This document shows positions 13,176 to 26,281 of a stretch of DNA of 64,000 nucleotides, piece by piece. Position 1 is the first letter of the stretch; each line of letters starts with the position of its first letter. Under the pieces are notes generated by a model, which saw nothing but the letters and a program-made list of their open reading frames with translations, did no database searches and was not told the DNA's origin. The stretch is taken from assembly GCA_001662655.1 (NCBI GenBank), contig KV460238.1. One strand, 5' to 3'. This DNA is from Pseudogymnoascus verrucosus (taxonomy: Eukaryota). Made by a program: the position numbers and the translations under genes.

Positions 13176-15061
13176 TTACTCCTCTCCACCACCTCCTCCA
13201 CCAGGTCCACCCATCCTCGCTGCCTTGGCGCTGCAGATGTCGTCCACACGCAGTAACAGGCAAGCCGACTGTATTCACATTAGCTTCAACCCCCTCAACA
13301 GAAACGGACGAACAACATACCTCAATAGCCGTCTTAATACTCTGCAGCTTCACCGCCTCCGGCTCCCAAACACCATACTCCTTCATATCAACCAGCTTAC
13401 CCGTCTCACCATCAATACCCCAGCTGCTTCCACCCTCCGCCTGCTTCGCCCTCAACTCCGTCAGCACCCTCACGGGGCTCTGACCAGCGTTCTGCACGAG
13501 CGTGCGGGGGATAACCTCCATCGCATCCGCAACCGCGCGATACGGCCACTGCTGCACGCCCTCGACGCCCTTCGCCAGCTGGCTCAGACGGACACTAACC
13601 GCCATCTCAGTAGCGCCACCACCGGGCGCCAGGCGCGGGTGGAACATGACGTTACGCGCGACAGCCATGGCGTCCGCGAGGTTACGGTCGATCTCGTTGA
13701 GGATATCCTTCGAGGGTCCACGGAGGAGGATAGTGCAGGCCTTTGGCTCGCGGCACTTGGTGAGGAAGGTGAAGTACTCGTCGCCGATCTTCTCGATCTC
13801 GAAGAGGCCACACAGAAGACCAACGTCGTCCTCAGTCAGGTCGTCGACGCGGTTCACGATCGTGGCGCCGGTGGCGCGGGCGATACGGTTGTTGTCGCTC
13901 TTGCGCACGCGGCGGAGGGCGGTCACGTTGCCCTTGAGAAGGTAGTGCTGCGCGAGATCCGAGACTCCCTTCTCGGTGATGACGAGGTCGGGCTTGAGGG
14001 CCAGCACGGCATCGCACATGGCCTTGACCTGCTCCTCCTCGATCTGGAGGATGCGGTTCCAGTCCTCCTCCTTGCTGATCTCGATGTTGGTCTGCGACTC
14101 GCCCTTCTTGTACTCGAGCGAGCAGTCCAGCAGCACGATGCGCGGGTTCTCTATCCGGCGACGCATCTTGGGGTGTGTGATGTCCTTGTTCAGCATGACG
14201 CCGTCCAGCACCCGCGAGTCCTCGATCTCGCCGCCGGGAACCTTCTCAACGCGCGCGTAACGCTTGATGTCTACCTCCTTCTTGCCGTTGCCGATCTCGT
14301 GGGTGACGGTGCGCACGGCCTTGAGGGCGAGGTTGCACATGAGTTCGGACCAGCGCGAGACGAACTTGGTGCCGATGGAGGAGGATATTAACTTGTACAT
14401 GGCCTCGTCGTCATCGATGTCGACGGGGAGAGAGATCTCCTCGATGATCTGGATGGCGTCTGCGAGAGCACGCTTGAAGGCGGAGATGATGACGACGGGG
14501 TGGATGTTGCGTTCGAGCTGCGGGACAGCTTGTGCGAGGATCTCACCAGCTGTACAATATATTAGCCCACGTCCCCCATCCAAATAGCTCGTAAAGCTCA
14601 CCAAGAATAATAACTGTGGTCGTTCCATCTCCAACTTCCTCGTCCTGTGTTCTGCTGAGCTCAATCATGCTCTTCGCCGCCGGATGTGAAACCTCGATCT
14701 CTCTGAGAATGGCGTGGCCGTCGTTCGTCAACACGATTCCGCCCATGGGATCGAGCAACATCTTCAGCATAGCCTTGGGTCCGAGACATGATCTGATGAT
14801 ATCCGCAACTCTGTTCACACCGTCAGTCTTCCTGCATCTTCCACTATTCCTCCACACCTATCCCTGGTATGATATACGCACGTCTTCGCGGCTGTGATAT
14901 TCGAGAGCTGAGCTTTGCGACCGGTCTGCCTATCATTGTTCCCGCCAGTGTCTGGAAACGCACATTCGTTAGCATTGCATCTTGAAAGATAGCTTCCCAC
15001 TCCGTAGAGCTGTTCTTGAAGAGGGGTTCCACATACTCATAACCACCACTGGAGCCTGCAT
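13176..15061 (-). CDS. CCT3: T-complex protein 1 subunit gamma; exons 15061-15037, 14951-14882, 14810-14602, 14549-13321, 13268-13176
   Basis: MQAPVVVM..., CLGPKAMLKML, TNDGHAILREI, DEEVGDGTTTV, SACLLLRVDDI. Canonical introns keep the frame. Confidence 0.97.
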
Positions 15062-15777
15062 CTTGACGTTTTGCAAGGGTCTTCCTTACGGTTCGGATGT
15101 GGAGAGGCTGGGCTATGCGTTCTTCTCAGAAAACTGACGTCTCCTGGGGTTCGTATTTGGGGGTAGAAGGTGGTGGGAGCGGAAAGACGCGTGGGTTACT
15201 TTCTACTGCTGCTACCGCGCTCGAAATGGAAATTATTCTGAACGAGCTCTCGGTGATTTGTGGCCCTATATATGAGGCTGCTGTTACCAAATCCCACCAC
15301 AAAATCACTACAATTACAGAGATGCGGATTTAAGCTACCTGGACACCTTATTTGTATATTTCGACGGCTTTATGATGGTTAGATTTAGATATATTATGGA
15401 TTTGGCCTTCTCTTAAAGTCATGTTAGGAATTTCACGAGTTAGAGTCTGCACACGTGACCTCTTTGATAGGGGCGTGGATATCATTGCTCGCCGAAATCT
15501 CAACCTCAACGGAGAAAGCATGCATATGCTAAATATTCCATAATAATTCTAATCAGATGCTCAATGAACTAGATAAGCATGAATAGTCTCTAACATAACA
15601 AATGCCGCTTTACAAAGAAAGAAAGGCCAAATCCGTACATTCCGCACCCTCCATTGCTCTGCTCTAATATTGATATCTGAACCTGTCAAGGTCACCATTC
15701 TAACATAAAGCTCCCTCATTTCGACCTACCTCCCCTGATGTCGAGACTCCCACAATATAACTCGATACGTCAGTAAT

Positions 15778-17755
15778 TCAGCCAAAGCTAAATTCTGCGA
15801 CCCCAATAATATTAGCATAACCTCACAAATAGCCACCCATATTTCCAGGGGCTTCGGACAGAGAGAAACTCACCAGAATAAATCGGCGCCTTCCACGGCC
15901 TCGCCTTCGGCCTCCCCCCCTGCCCCCGTCCCATAGGCCCAGATCCACTACTCTTGCTCCCACTCTGACTCGCACTACCCGACCTACTCCCTCCCCTCCC
16001 CGTCAGCCAACTCTGGCCCCTCCCTCCACCAGGCGTATCACCCCCCACCCCCGGCACCCCTCTCGCAACCTCCACCAACCCATCCACCACCCTCCACATC
16101 CTCGCACTCCCACAATGCGTCCCCCCCACTCCCGCATTATTAGTCAGGATCTCATAAACCCTCTCCTCGCAAAACCTCGCACTCGGCCGATCCATCGGAT
16201 GCGGGCTAAGCATGCGTAGCGTCAGATTCAATAAGTGCGTTATGCCGCGAAAAAGACGGTCTTCCTTCTTTCTCGCGTCCTTGGCGAGGCTGGAGACCCA
16301 GGTCTCCACTTCCGCGGCGTTGTGGTGGAAGGAGCAGTCGGCGCGGGGGGCGGAGCGGGTGGGTGGTGTGGAGGGCTTGGAGGCGCGGTGGCGGGAGAAG
16401 GTGCGGGAGGAGCGTTTCATGAGGAGGGTGAGGAGCTCGAGGTAGATGCAGCCGAGGGAGTAGATGTCGCCTTTGATTGGGTCGCCTGCTGGGGAAGGGG
16501 GGGCGGTGGGAGTGGGGAGGTAGAGTGTTGTTGTGATTATGTTGGTGCGTGAGGGGGATGCTGGTGGTGAGGGTGGGAAGAGGCGTCTTGGAGATGGTTC
16601 GGGGGATGTGGCAGAGGACCTGCGTCGCATTCGGTTGATGAGGCGTTGGGGTTCGTCGGGTTCGGTGTGGATATGGGTTGAAAGCTCAGGAGCGCCGTAG
16701 TCGTAGTTCTCCTGGTCAAATTGGTTCACGGGGTCCAGTCCGAAAACATCGACATCGCCGAGAAAGATCTTGTTGTCCATGTCGAGGAAGATATTTGATG
16801 GTTTAATCTGGCCATGAGCTAAGCCTAGATTATGGAGAGACGCAACTGCATCCGCAAGGCAATGCATCCAGTCCAGCACAAGAACCCGTCGGTCCCTCTT
16901 GGCTAAAATCTTCATAGACGGCGGCAGAGTCGTTAGAACAGATGTGAGGGTCCATTCGTGTATTGGAGTTAGGAGAAGATACCCGGCCGACTGCTGTATG
17001 TAAGATGCCCACAAAGACACGACGTGCTGGTTACTCCGTGCCCTCATCCTCTCAATTCCAGACAAGAAGTCCGCTTCTGTGACTTGACCAGGACCGTCAC
17101 CAAGTGAAATCCGTCGCCGAATAAAAATATCATCAGGCCGTCCTGGGATGCACACTTTGTCCACATTAGAATGTATAGGGCTGGCTTGAGTCCCGACGTT
17201 GCGTCTATCCAATGGCTCTAGAGGAACAATCTCAACGTCTTCATAGACCAGATTCTCTTCCGGCTTTAGATGCCTCATCAAGTAAGTGAACTGTCGCTCG
17301 AAAAACTTCCTGTCCAGCCTCTCATCTTTCTTCCGCCTCAACTGTAGTCTCACCACTTGATCGAGCTGAAGTGGGAGATCATCATCATCCCACGAATCGT
17401 CGACGGCGCCAAAAATCTGATCTGGCACGCCGATATCAACAAGGATCAGAAAGATCCGTTTCGCCTTCGTTACTATCCACTCGAAATACGTGTCATCCGT
17501 CAGGCCATCCCCAAATCCGAGTTGTTGGTCCAACCTCAGAATCTCCTCTGGGCGCAAGTGGGATTCAACATATGCGCGGTCAACTGTTGTCTCAACACGC
17601 TCATCATCCCACCACATCATATCATTTGGAAATGCGACTGGCTTTGCATTTCGAACAGCACCATGGGCTGCATATATCTCAGATAAAGCTTTGGCTCCTC
17701 CGAGACGAAACGCCTCGAAGAGGATGCTTGTGCGCCGGGGGTTTCTGCTGGCCAT
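15778..17755 (-). CDS. Protein-kinase-fold protein, probable pseudokinase; intron 15873-15795
   Basis: HGQIKPSNI, YGAPE, GDIYSLGCIYLELL and DRPSA motifs. Spliced C-terminus ...WKAPIYSEFSFG*. Confidence 0.8.
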
Positions 17756-20700
17756 CTTCCAATATCACAGGGAAATGGAAGACGGAAGGTTGGAATTGCT
17801 GCTTCGGCTGCGAGTTAGACAGCCCTGATATAGGTACTATCAAGGGAACGTCGAACCAGAGATAATAATTATATGCAAGCAAGCATCGCTGAGCAATATT
17901 ATCATGCGAAAAAAATAGGCGCGGTGAGGTGGCTTGGGAAATATTGTGATTTCGTCAACTATGACCTATGAAAACGCGCTTCAAAGGGGTTCATATAGGG
18001 TCGTAAAATTAGCTAAATGAGGGATATTTGATTTGACCCGAATACGTTGGGGTATCAAAGATACGCATCCGAGTTGGAATGATGGACACCATGTCGGCTA
18101 ACTTAATGTTGGTGGCACAGTGTCACCCTTTTAAAATAGTGTCGGCTTTATTGCTCCTTTGAGATGTTGCTCATCGTGTTCGTCCAGATGTAGGATTATG
18201 GGGACACGCTGCGCCTTGGTATGTTCATACTGTGGTGTTGGGGTCTATATTTATATATCGCCGCTGTACTGGGAGAAACACTAGTTTCTCCCTGTAGAAC
18301 TTCCTGCTTTTGGCTCATTGCCGATTGCCTCATGGCACCTGTAGTCTCGGGCGTTGGCGCCATCTCAAAAACAAGTGGCTATAGCACACCCAACGACTGC
18401 GCTCGAGCCGGAAGCCATCCCTCTACCTGGATACCATTCCAGAAAGAAGGGTTTCCTGTGTTCCCCTTGACATTCCGCTGGCAGGGGTTAGTTGCCAACA
18501 TCATAAGCGCCGCGAAGAGATAACATGCATATCAGAAGACACATGGCTAGGGTCTCATCCCAACGTAATCCTGTCTTGTCTCGCACTTGCGTGGGCCCCA
18601 GGACAAAAAACGCCATGCACATGGCGTGTAGCTAGGGAACGATTGAACAGCATGTTCGGATATGGGATGGACCGAAATGAAGATGCCAACAGTGTGGGGT
18701 CCGTAAGGCTGAGGCTCCCAATTTCTGATCCTGGGGGAGGACAACGTGGAACCGCACATGCATGCGCCGCGAATCATCTTGATCTTCATGCCCGGGACAT
18801 CGCTTAGCGTCGTCGCACACATGCACTGCCAGGCCGTGGAAGCCGAAGCGGCAGTTCTCTCGGCGCGGGCGGACGGCATGGCTGGCGTGGCTGAGACTCG
18901 CACAGCGAGATGCAGGTGGCAGCTTCGGGGAGGAGATGTAAAATGCCGGATGCAGGCGGACAACAAGAGTATGTGAGATGATGAGGACAAGAAATGGCCG
19001 TACGGATGGGAGAACGATGACAGTTTTGAGAACCGATGCAGAAAAAGAAGTGTGAGGCAGACTCCATCGCTCACCTTGGTAGCTCACCTTTGGTCGCTCA
19101 CGGCGGTGGTCGCTCACCCTGGCCGCTTACCTTCGTCGTTCACGGTGGTCGTCCACATGTGGTGGATATGATCCAACTGAGATGTTGTGCACAGGACAGG
19201 GCTTCGGTGTCTTGGACAACACAGCCTTCCAAAATCCAATACTCGTGGGCGCCACAAACATTTGGATCGAGCCATGTGTAGTCAGCCATCCGGAAAGTCG
19301 GATAGCTGGATAACTAGACAACCGAGAGTTCTCACGAATATGACTTGACGCAAGGTCAACGGCAATCAGTGCCCACAGCAATTTGCCCTCAAGACATGTT
19401 GCCAAGGGGTTTTCTCCAGAGACTCGGTGATCTCATCGCGCAGCCCGGGCGTCAAAGTCTCAGATCACGTCGCTCCCCGGTCTCACCAGTCGACTAATGC
19501 GGGAGTACCTGGACGGTACGTCACACCTCGTGACGTGGATCTGTTTACACAGACAGCTCGGCGCGGTTACTCGACAAGGAGCTCGTCCAGGGATTGATCC
19601 TCTCGTAGCCAGAATGGAAGTTTTCTGGTGCACCTCTGTCGAGTACGAGTGCGTAGAGTACTGCTTTCTCGGTCGATGTGACGGTCAATGCGGCGGCTGA
19701 AGTGACGGTGATGGTGATGCTTTTGCTGACCGCGTCGACACGAGAGTTGGAAGGTGATGTGAGGAGAGAGGCAGAGAGAGATTGGATTGAGGCAACCCCT
19801 CCTTGGCTGCTTCGTATCGCAATCGTATCGCGACTTGTAGCACCGTAAAGTATGGCATTCGACGCTTCCGGTGTTCCTGGCTTCCTGGCAACGGGTAAAA
19901 TGGGTCTGTGGCTTCCCTGCTGTGGCTTGGTTGTGGGTTCTGTGGTTCCTTGTGGTTGAGGCATGGAAGATCACTGGGCGTCGGCTGGGATATTGTGGGC
20001 ACATTATGCCAACATTATCCCGGCCAGAGGATCTTCCATAGTAAAGTGGATAAATTGTCGCTCAATCACCGCCGAGTGCCTGCCAAGTTGGCTTTGACTG
20101 AAGTGACGGGAGTGAACTCCCTGTCAAACATTTGCTTAGTAGGGTCTTTTGGTGCTCCTTGGTGCTTTTCGTTGCTTGGCCATCGTATTATTCTAGCCAA
20201 CCACACCAATATTCGCCCTTACCCATCATCTCGATAATACGAAACGTACTACGACCATGCTACCGCTATACCCATCCACTCACTACTCTCCACTACAATT
20301 ACCACGGTACAATGCTGTACATAATATCCTATCGAGGGGCACAATGTTTCCCCAGATCATCCTCCTTGTTTTCTCTTAACTACGTAGTGCTCCGTTCGAC
20401 AGTTTCACTGGCCGTTCATTAATCGGACTTTGTCTTGGGAGTCGCCTTCTTTCTTCCTTCTGTCTCCTTGATTCTACATATCCTTCTCGGTCGTCACTCG
20501 CTCCGACCTCACTTCTCTTCCATCTGTCATCCTTCATAAGGAAGTCGTGATAGAGAAAGAAGCTCCTGCCCTTGTCAATCCACAATCGCTGTCCATCGTT
20601 CCTGCCAACTTTGATCGATCTGATCCACACGCCCCGCTCTCACCCGCGAACTTCCTTGGACCAGAGGGCCTTTTTTGCGACCTTCTTCCGCAGCGACTAT

Positions 20701-20793
20701 ATTTTTTAGAGCTACGATAATCCATCTGTTGTACAACACTCGTTTTTAGAGACACTCGTTTTTAGGACTCGCTCGTTGCGTTTGTGATTCAAT

Positions 20794-22230
20794 ATGATCT
20801 CCAGCACGCTCGTTAAGGCTGGCGTCGCTGCCATTGCCGCTGCTACAACGGCCGTGGCCGCCTCGCTCCCTGCGATTTCCGCGGTGGGAAACAAGTTCTT
20901 TGACCCTTCGGGGAAGCAGTTCTTCATTAAGGGTATGCGAAGCTCGGTCCTGGGTGTCCTGCGCCAGCTGCTAACTCACGTTTCCAGGCATTGCGTATCA
21001 ATTGATTCCCCATGACCCTCTCATGGACACCGAACAGTGCACGCTCGATGCGAAGGCGATGAAGACATTGGGTGCCAATACTATCCGTGTCTACCACGTC
21101 GACCCTACGGCCGACCACGATGGATGCATGGCCGCATTTGCCGATAACGGCATCTATATCCTGGTGGATCTCGACGACTTTGCAACTGATATCGACCCGG
21201 TATGTGGTTACTCTCTATACACGAGGAATTTATACATTGGGAATGTAAACTAATTGCGCTACAGTTGGCGCCAACTTGGAACGATTCCCAGTACAAGGCG
21301 TACTCTGCCATCTTCGACGTTTTCGCCAAATACACAAACACCCTCGGTGTCTTTATTGGAAACGAGGTCATTGCCCGCGCCAACCAGTCTGAGTCTGCGC
21401 CTTATATCAAGGCTGCCACCCGCGACATGAAGGCCTACCGTGACAAGAAGGGATTCCGCAATATTCCAGTTGGATACTCCGCAGCAGATATCGCAGAATT
21501 GCGCCCCATGCTCCAGGACTACCTTGTTTGCGGCGATACCGCAGACACGGCTGACTTTTTCGGCCTGAACGCCTACGAGTGGTGCGAGGCGGGCAACGAT
21601 TTCCAGACTTCTGGCTACAAGACCCTGGACGATATGGCGCAAGGATACCCAGTCCCCATCTTCTTCTCAGAGACTGGCTGCAACACCGCTCGCCCCCGAC
21701 TCTTCCTCGATCAGAATGCCATCCTTGGCCCAGATATGAACGACCTCTGGTCCGGCGCCATCGTCTACGAGTGGATCGAGGAGAAAAACAACTACGGACT
21801 GATCAGCTACGGGCCACCCCAGGGAGAGAAGACCGGCACGAACATCGAGGACGGCTTCCTCCGCAAGGGAACCCCCACGCCAGTCCAGCCAGATTTCTCC
21901 AACCTCCAGGCCGTCTGGAAGACCAACAACCCTACGGGAACCGCCAAGTCCGCGTACACGCCAAAGCTCACCGCCCCAGCCTGCCCGAAGTCGACCGCCG
22001 GCGGCTGGCTCTTGGACGGCGACGTCGCCCTCCCCACGCTCAACCAGATATTCACTGCATCCCCGACCAACAAGCCAACCGACGTCGGCAAGAACCAAAA
22101 CCCAACGGCCACCAGTACCGATTCATCGGCTCCAACCGGGACAAACGGTGCCGTGGCCGTCGGGCGTGAGCTTTCCGGCATGACTGGCGCGCTTGCCGCT
22201 GTTGTGGTTGGTTTCGCCGCCTTGCTGTAG
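20794..22230 (+). CDS. GH72 1,3-beta-glucanosyltransferase (Gas/Gel family, GPI-anchored, no X8 domain); exons 20794-20932, 20988-21199, 21265-22230
   Basis: Signal peptide; QFFIKGIAYQ, NTIRVYHVD, IGNEV, PVGYSAAD, FFSETGC, SGAIVYEW; hydrophobic C-terminal GPI signal. Confidence 0.95.
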
Positions 22231-23336
22231 ACTGCTGCATTTCCGATAGTATGGCGTTTTAGATAATTTGTACTTTTCCCACGAACCTTCTATGTAACTT
22301 TGTTTTTTGGAGCTTGTGAATAATTGGCTGCGTTTTTATTTTGGGGGGGTCGGAAGAGGGAAGGAGCGATGGGTGCATCTATGTGTACATTGTTGATGTT
22401 TTTAAGCACAGCATAGCGTTGCTCCGCGCTTTATGTTGGCATGTAGCATACGGATATGTATAGATGTGAGAGGAGAAGACGATATTTCGTGGCTTTTTGG
22501 TCATTATTGGAGGGGAGATGACTATAGGCTGAAAAACGGCTGAGGTCTTGAGTCAGATATTTTGCTTAGACATGCAATACAGATTGCTTGCCATGGTCAG
22601 AGAAACCAACCATATGATTCGCATGTCTTAAGAGCCTTTACCTGACCCTTCAGGAAACTATATAAAAAGGCATGTTGGTCCTTGATCGCAATTGCAAGCT
22701 TTTATAAATTAGCCATAGTCTATTTTAGGGGTTACCCTTCCCGCACCGCACCGCCAAGTGGGTGGGGTGTGCGACCCTAGAATAGCCACGGGCCGTTTCC
22801 TGTTCCTGTCCCTGACAGCTGACAACAATGGCAAATGAAAATGGGGATTTACCTTTTAGCTGTATCTATCAACGCCGTCATACAGTGCTATATCTCTACT
22901 CACACGTACAATACTTTATGCAAGACATAATTCCCGAAAAAAGCCCTATCTAAAGGATTTGCATGACGATTAAGCCTCGATTTGGAAGGAATCACCAACC
23001 CTGATCCGATGAAGCGAGATGAGAAGCTGAAGACCCCTGCGCGACATGACAGCCCTGTTAGTCGATATGCATGAAGCGCGAAGCTGAACAACTCCACAGC
23101 GAGCGGCCGGGGGAATATCTGCAGCTATAAGCGGTAATTATCCAACACGTGGGTGAGATCTACTCAGAATCCTTTGGCGGCTGAACCCCCCAAGCTCTCA
23201 CCACCATCCATCCATTTTGCCTCCTCGCCATACCTTCCTACCACAGTCCAACGGTATCATAACCAATCCACTCCTCCAAAGCCTCACCATCCATTCCTCC
23301 AAAGCCTCGCCCCGACGCGACGAGCCCTCCGCCACA

Positions 23337-24251
23337 ATGACGACCACCCCCAACAACCTCAGTTCCTTCTTCTTCGTCCCCGGCCTCCCAAAGCACCTAT
23401 GCCCCGGCATGCCCTGGGAATGCGTGCCCCCAGCAGCATGCGCCCGTGACCCCACGACCGGACGAGCATTCTGCTGCGACCCTAAAAGCGTGTGTTTTGC
23501 CGGCGTCGCGACGTGCGCCAGCGATGGCAGCACGTTTCAATGCGGCACAGGGACGAATACGTGGTGCTGTACTAGTGATACGTGTGTCTCCCCCTTCTTC
23601 GCCGTGATGTGGTTTGGTTTGCTAATGTAGGGGATTAGGGAGTCTTGTACGGGGTCGACTGGGCAGACTAATATCTGCTGGAGTAAATCATACGATGTGC
23701 TTATGGATATCGGGTCAATCCCTCTCAATGAAACTTATTCCTCCCTCAGCTCCGCAGACCCAGAGGCGACATCTTGGGCCTTTGATCCTAAGTCTTTGAT
23801 TGCTGCCACGCAGACAACCTCCCACACAACCTCCAGCACGCCTTCATCTACGCCCTCAACTACGCCCTCAACTACGCCTTCGTCCACCGACACGACCACC
23901 GCGCCAACCACCAGCGCCTCCGACGCCTCGAAGGCGGGCGCATCCAACACGCCCTCCCCCACACCATCCGACCTCTCCTCCACCTCATCATCTAAATCCC
24001 TCTCCGGCGGTGCCATCGGCGGCATCGTAGTCGGCGCCGTCGCCGCCGTAGTCCTCGTTGCTCTCGCGGTGTTCTTTCTCAGGAGGAGGCGGCAACGGGC
24101 GGAGAGCGAGAATAAAGAGGGGATTCCGTGGGCGGCGCTGCCGCCGCAGGGCCCGGCGCATGAGTTGCCGACGGGGAAGCAGGAGCCAGTGCATGAGTTG
24201 GCGGGGGCGAGGGCGGTGGTGGAGTTGCCGGGGAATGAGAGGTATCGCTAG
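23337..24251 (+). CDS. Single-pass membrane protein with Cys-rich ectodomain and Ser/Thr stalk (Mid2/SKG6-like topology); intron 23582-23638
   Basis: Cys-rich N-terminus, STPS repeats, TM LSGGAIGGIVVGAVAAVVLVALAVFFL followed by RRRR, tail with repeated HEL/ELP motifs. Confidence 0.75.
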
Positions 24252-25002
24252 GGGTAGATGGGAGGTCTGTTTATGGGACTACAAGGATAATGTTGAAGTA
24301 GGCGAGGAGGATGGGGATAGTGAGGCATGAGGATGTGAATGCGCGACCTGCACGACGATCTGTGTCGAGTGAAGGAAATGGCCATCGATTAGTTTTTGAG
24401 ATCATAGATGCCCTGAAGGTAGGTGGACCGACAAACATGCCCAGAGAGTTCAAGTACTGTGGCATTAACCACGCGCCGCGCACCCTCAGACACCAGGCAC
24501 TTCTCTTGGATCTCCAGGGATGAAAGGAAGTGTGCGGAATTGGATCTCCTGTGTGACTGCCGATTGTAATGTTGAACTGATTGAATATGGAGGGAGGGAG
24601 GAGGGTATGCGATATATAAATATCTAGATCTAGAGCAGACAAATTTATGTATGATAGCTAATTATTCCTACAGAGATTTGGGAATACGGTATTGGTTGCG
24701 ATACAACAAGCTATATAAATTATATCTATAGACCATCGGCCTACTTAAGTGGATAGCCTAGTAGTACAAACACGACGCTTTCACATCACCGTGACATGTC
24801 GATCTATTCATGATTTATAAGCGCGCTTACAACCTGCATATCAAAACCAGCCAACCCCTCCATAACCTCATTCAAGACTCATTACGTGCTATCAAGCCAT
24901 CTTGCGCCAAGGCCACCTATAAATACCAATATATCCTATCAAAGTTCCACACAAGGCTTATAAACTCAAAGCCCAAACCTCAAAACACACAACAACCCCA
25001 CA

Positions 25003-25956
25003 ATGTCCTCCTCAACCCCTCCCTCACCCCCCACCCTCGTCAACATCGGCACCCACTCCCTCGCCCTCTACACCCACGGCCCCTCCCCTGCCAGCCCCAG
25101 CGACCCCGTCCTCCTCTTCATCCCAGGCCTATCAAGCAGCCGCCTCGTCTGGGCCGCCGTCATCCGCCTCCTACCCTCCTCACTGCGCAGCTACACCTAC
25201 GACCGCTCCGGCTTCGGCAGCTCCGAGCTCTCACCACTCGCTCCCACAGCCGAGAATATCGCCCTGGAGCTCTCGTATTTTATTGAAAGGGCGCCTATTA
25301 CGAATCCACTTATTATTGTCGGGCATTCATGGGCTGGGGTGCTAATTCGTGAGTTCATCGCTCTTACGGGGAATGGACAGCATATCGCGGGTCTGGTGCT
25401 CGTAGATGCAAATCACGAGACTACACTGCCGCCGCTGAAGAAGTGGTTAGCAGCTCTCAAACCTCTAGGTGAAGGCCTGGAACCGTACGCCGCAAGGGGC
25501 ATAGAGGCAGAGAAGCAGTTGACGCAAGAAGAATGGGAAGCTTTCGTAGGCGACGAGAGGAGCGAGAAATTCCAGCTCCAAGCGGAAAAAGAGTTTGCGG
25601 CATACGAGCCCAGTTTCCCCACGCTGCAAAATAAGGAGCTGGAGAAGAAGCAGCCGCTGCTGGGGGGGAAACCGGTGTTTGTGATTGGGGGGAAGAGGAG
25701 CTGGGATGGAGTTAGGGTGTATGAGGCTGGGGTGGAGAGGGGGAATGGGACGGAGGAGGAGAGGAGGCATCTTAGGGAGATGATTGGGGTTGTGGATGAG
25801 GAGAATGATGGGTTGATTAGGGAGCATTTGAGGCTGAGTACGAGGGGGGAGATTGTTTTTGCGAGGGAGAGTGGCCATTTTGTGCAGGTTACTCAGCCGG
25901 ATGTTGTGGTTGGAGGGGTGAAGTGGGTGGTGGTTGAGGTGCAGGCTTCTTCTTAG
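25003..25956 (+). CDS. Alpha/beta hydrolase
   Basis: FIPGL, YDRSGFGSS, nucleophile elbow GHSWAG, LVLVDA, C-terminal SGHFVQ. Confidence 0.9.
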   Translation: MSSSTPPSPPTLVNIGTHSLALYTHGPSPASPSDPVLLFIPGLSSSRLVWAAVIRLLPSSLRSYTYDRSGFGSSELSPLAPTAENIALELSYFIERAPITNPLIIVGHSWAGVLIREFIALTGNGQHIAGLVLVDANHETTLPPLKKWLAALKPLGEGLEPYAARGIEAEKQLTQEEWEAFVGDERSEKFQLQAEKEFAAYEPSFPTLQNKELEKKQPLLGGKPVFVIGGKRSWDGVRVYEAGVERGNGTEEERRHLREMIGVVDEENDGLIREHLRLSTRGEIVFARESGHFVQVTQPDVVVGGVKWVVVEVQASS

Positions 25957-26281
25957 GTGTGAAAAATAAATAGCGAATGGATAATATTAATACATGTCCG
26001 AATGTTCTCTAATAATGTGAATTCTTTGGAATCGTAGTCGATTGTTGTAGTTGTAATTATTATCACTATATGGTGTTGTTTGTAAACGGCCGAGTCGTCT
26101 CTTGTGAGCTGAGAGCATGGAGCAGGCTTCAGGACCCGATAAGATAACGATTTTCACCACCGACAACAGCTCCAACCTCACGACCACCAAAACCTCCAAC
26201 CTCCCAATCCTCAACCCAAACACCACAACCCACAACCACACCACCTCTAACTCCCGGGCACATACACACAAACCGCCCAAC

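Noticed and set aside
13099..14391. 430-aa plus-strand ORF
   Set aside because: Antisense shadow of the codon-biased CCT3 gene.
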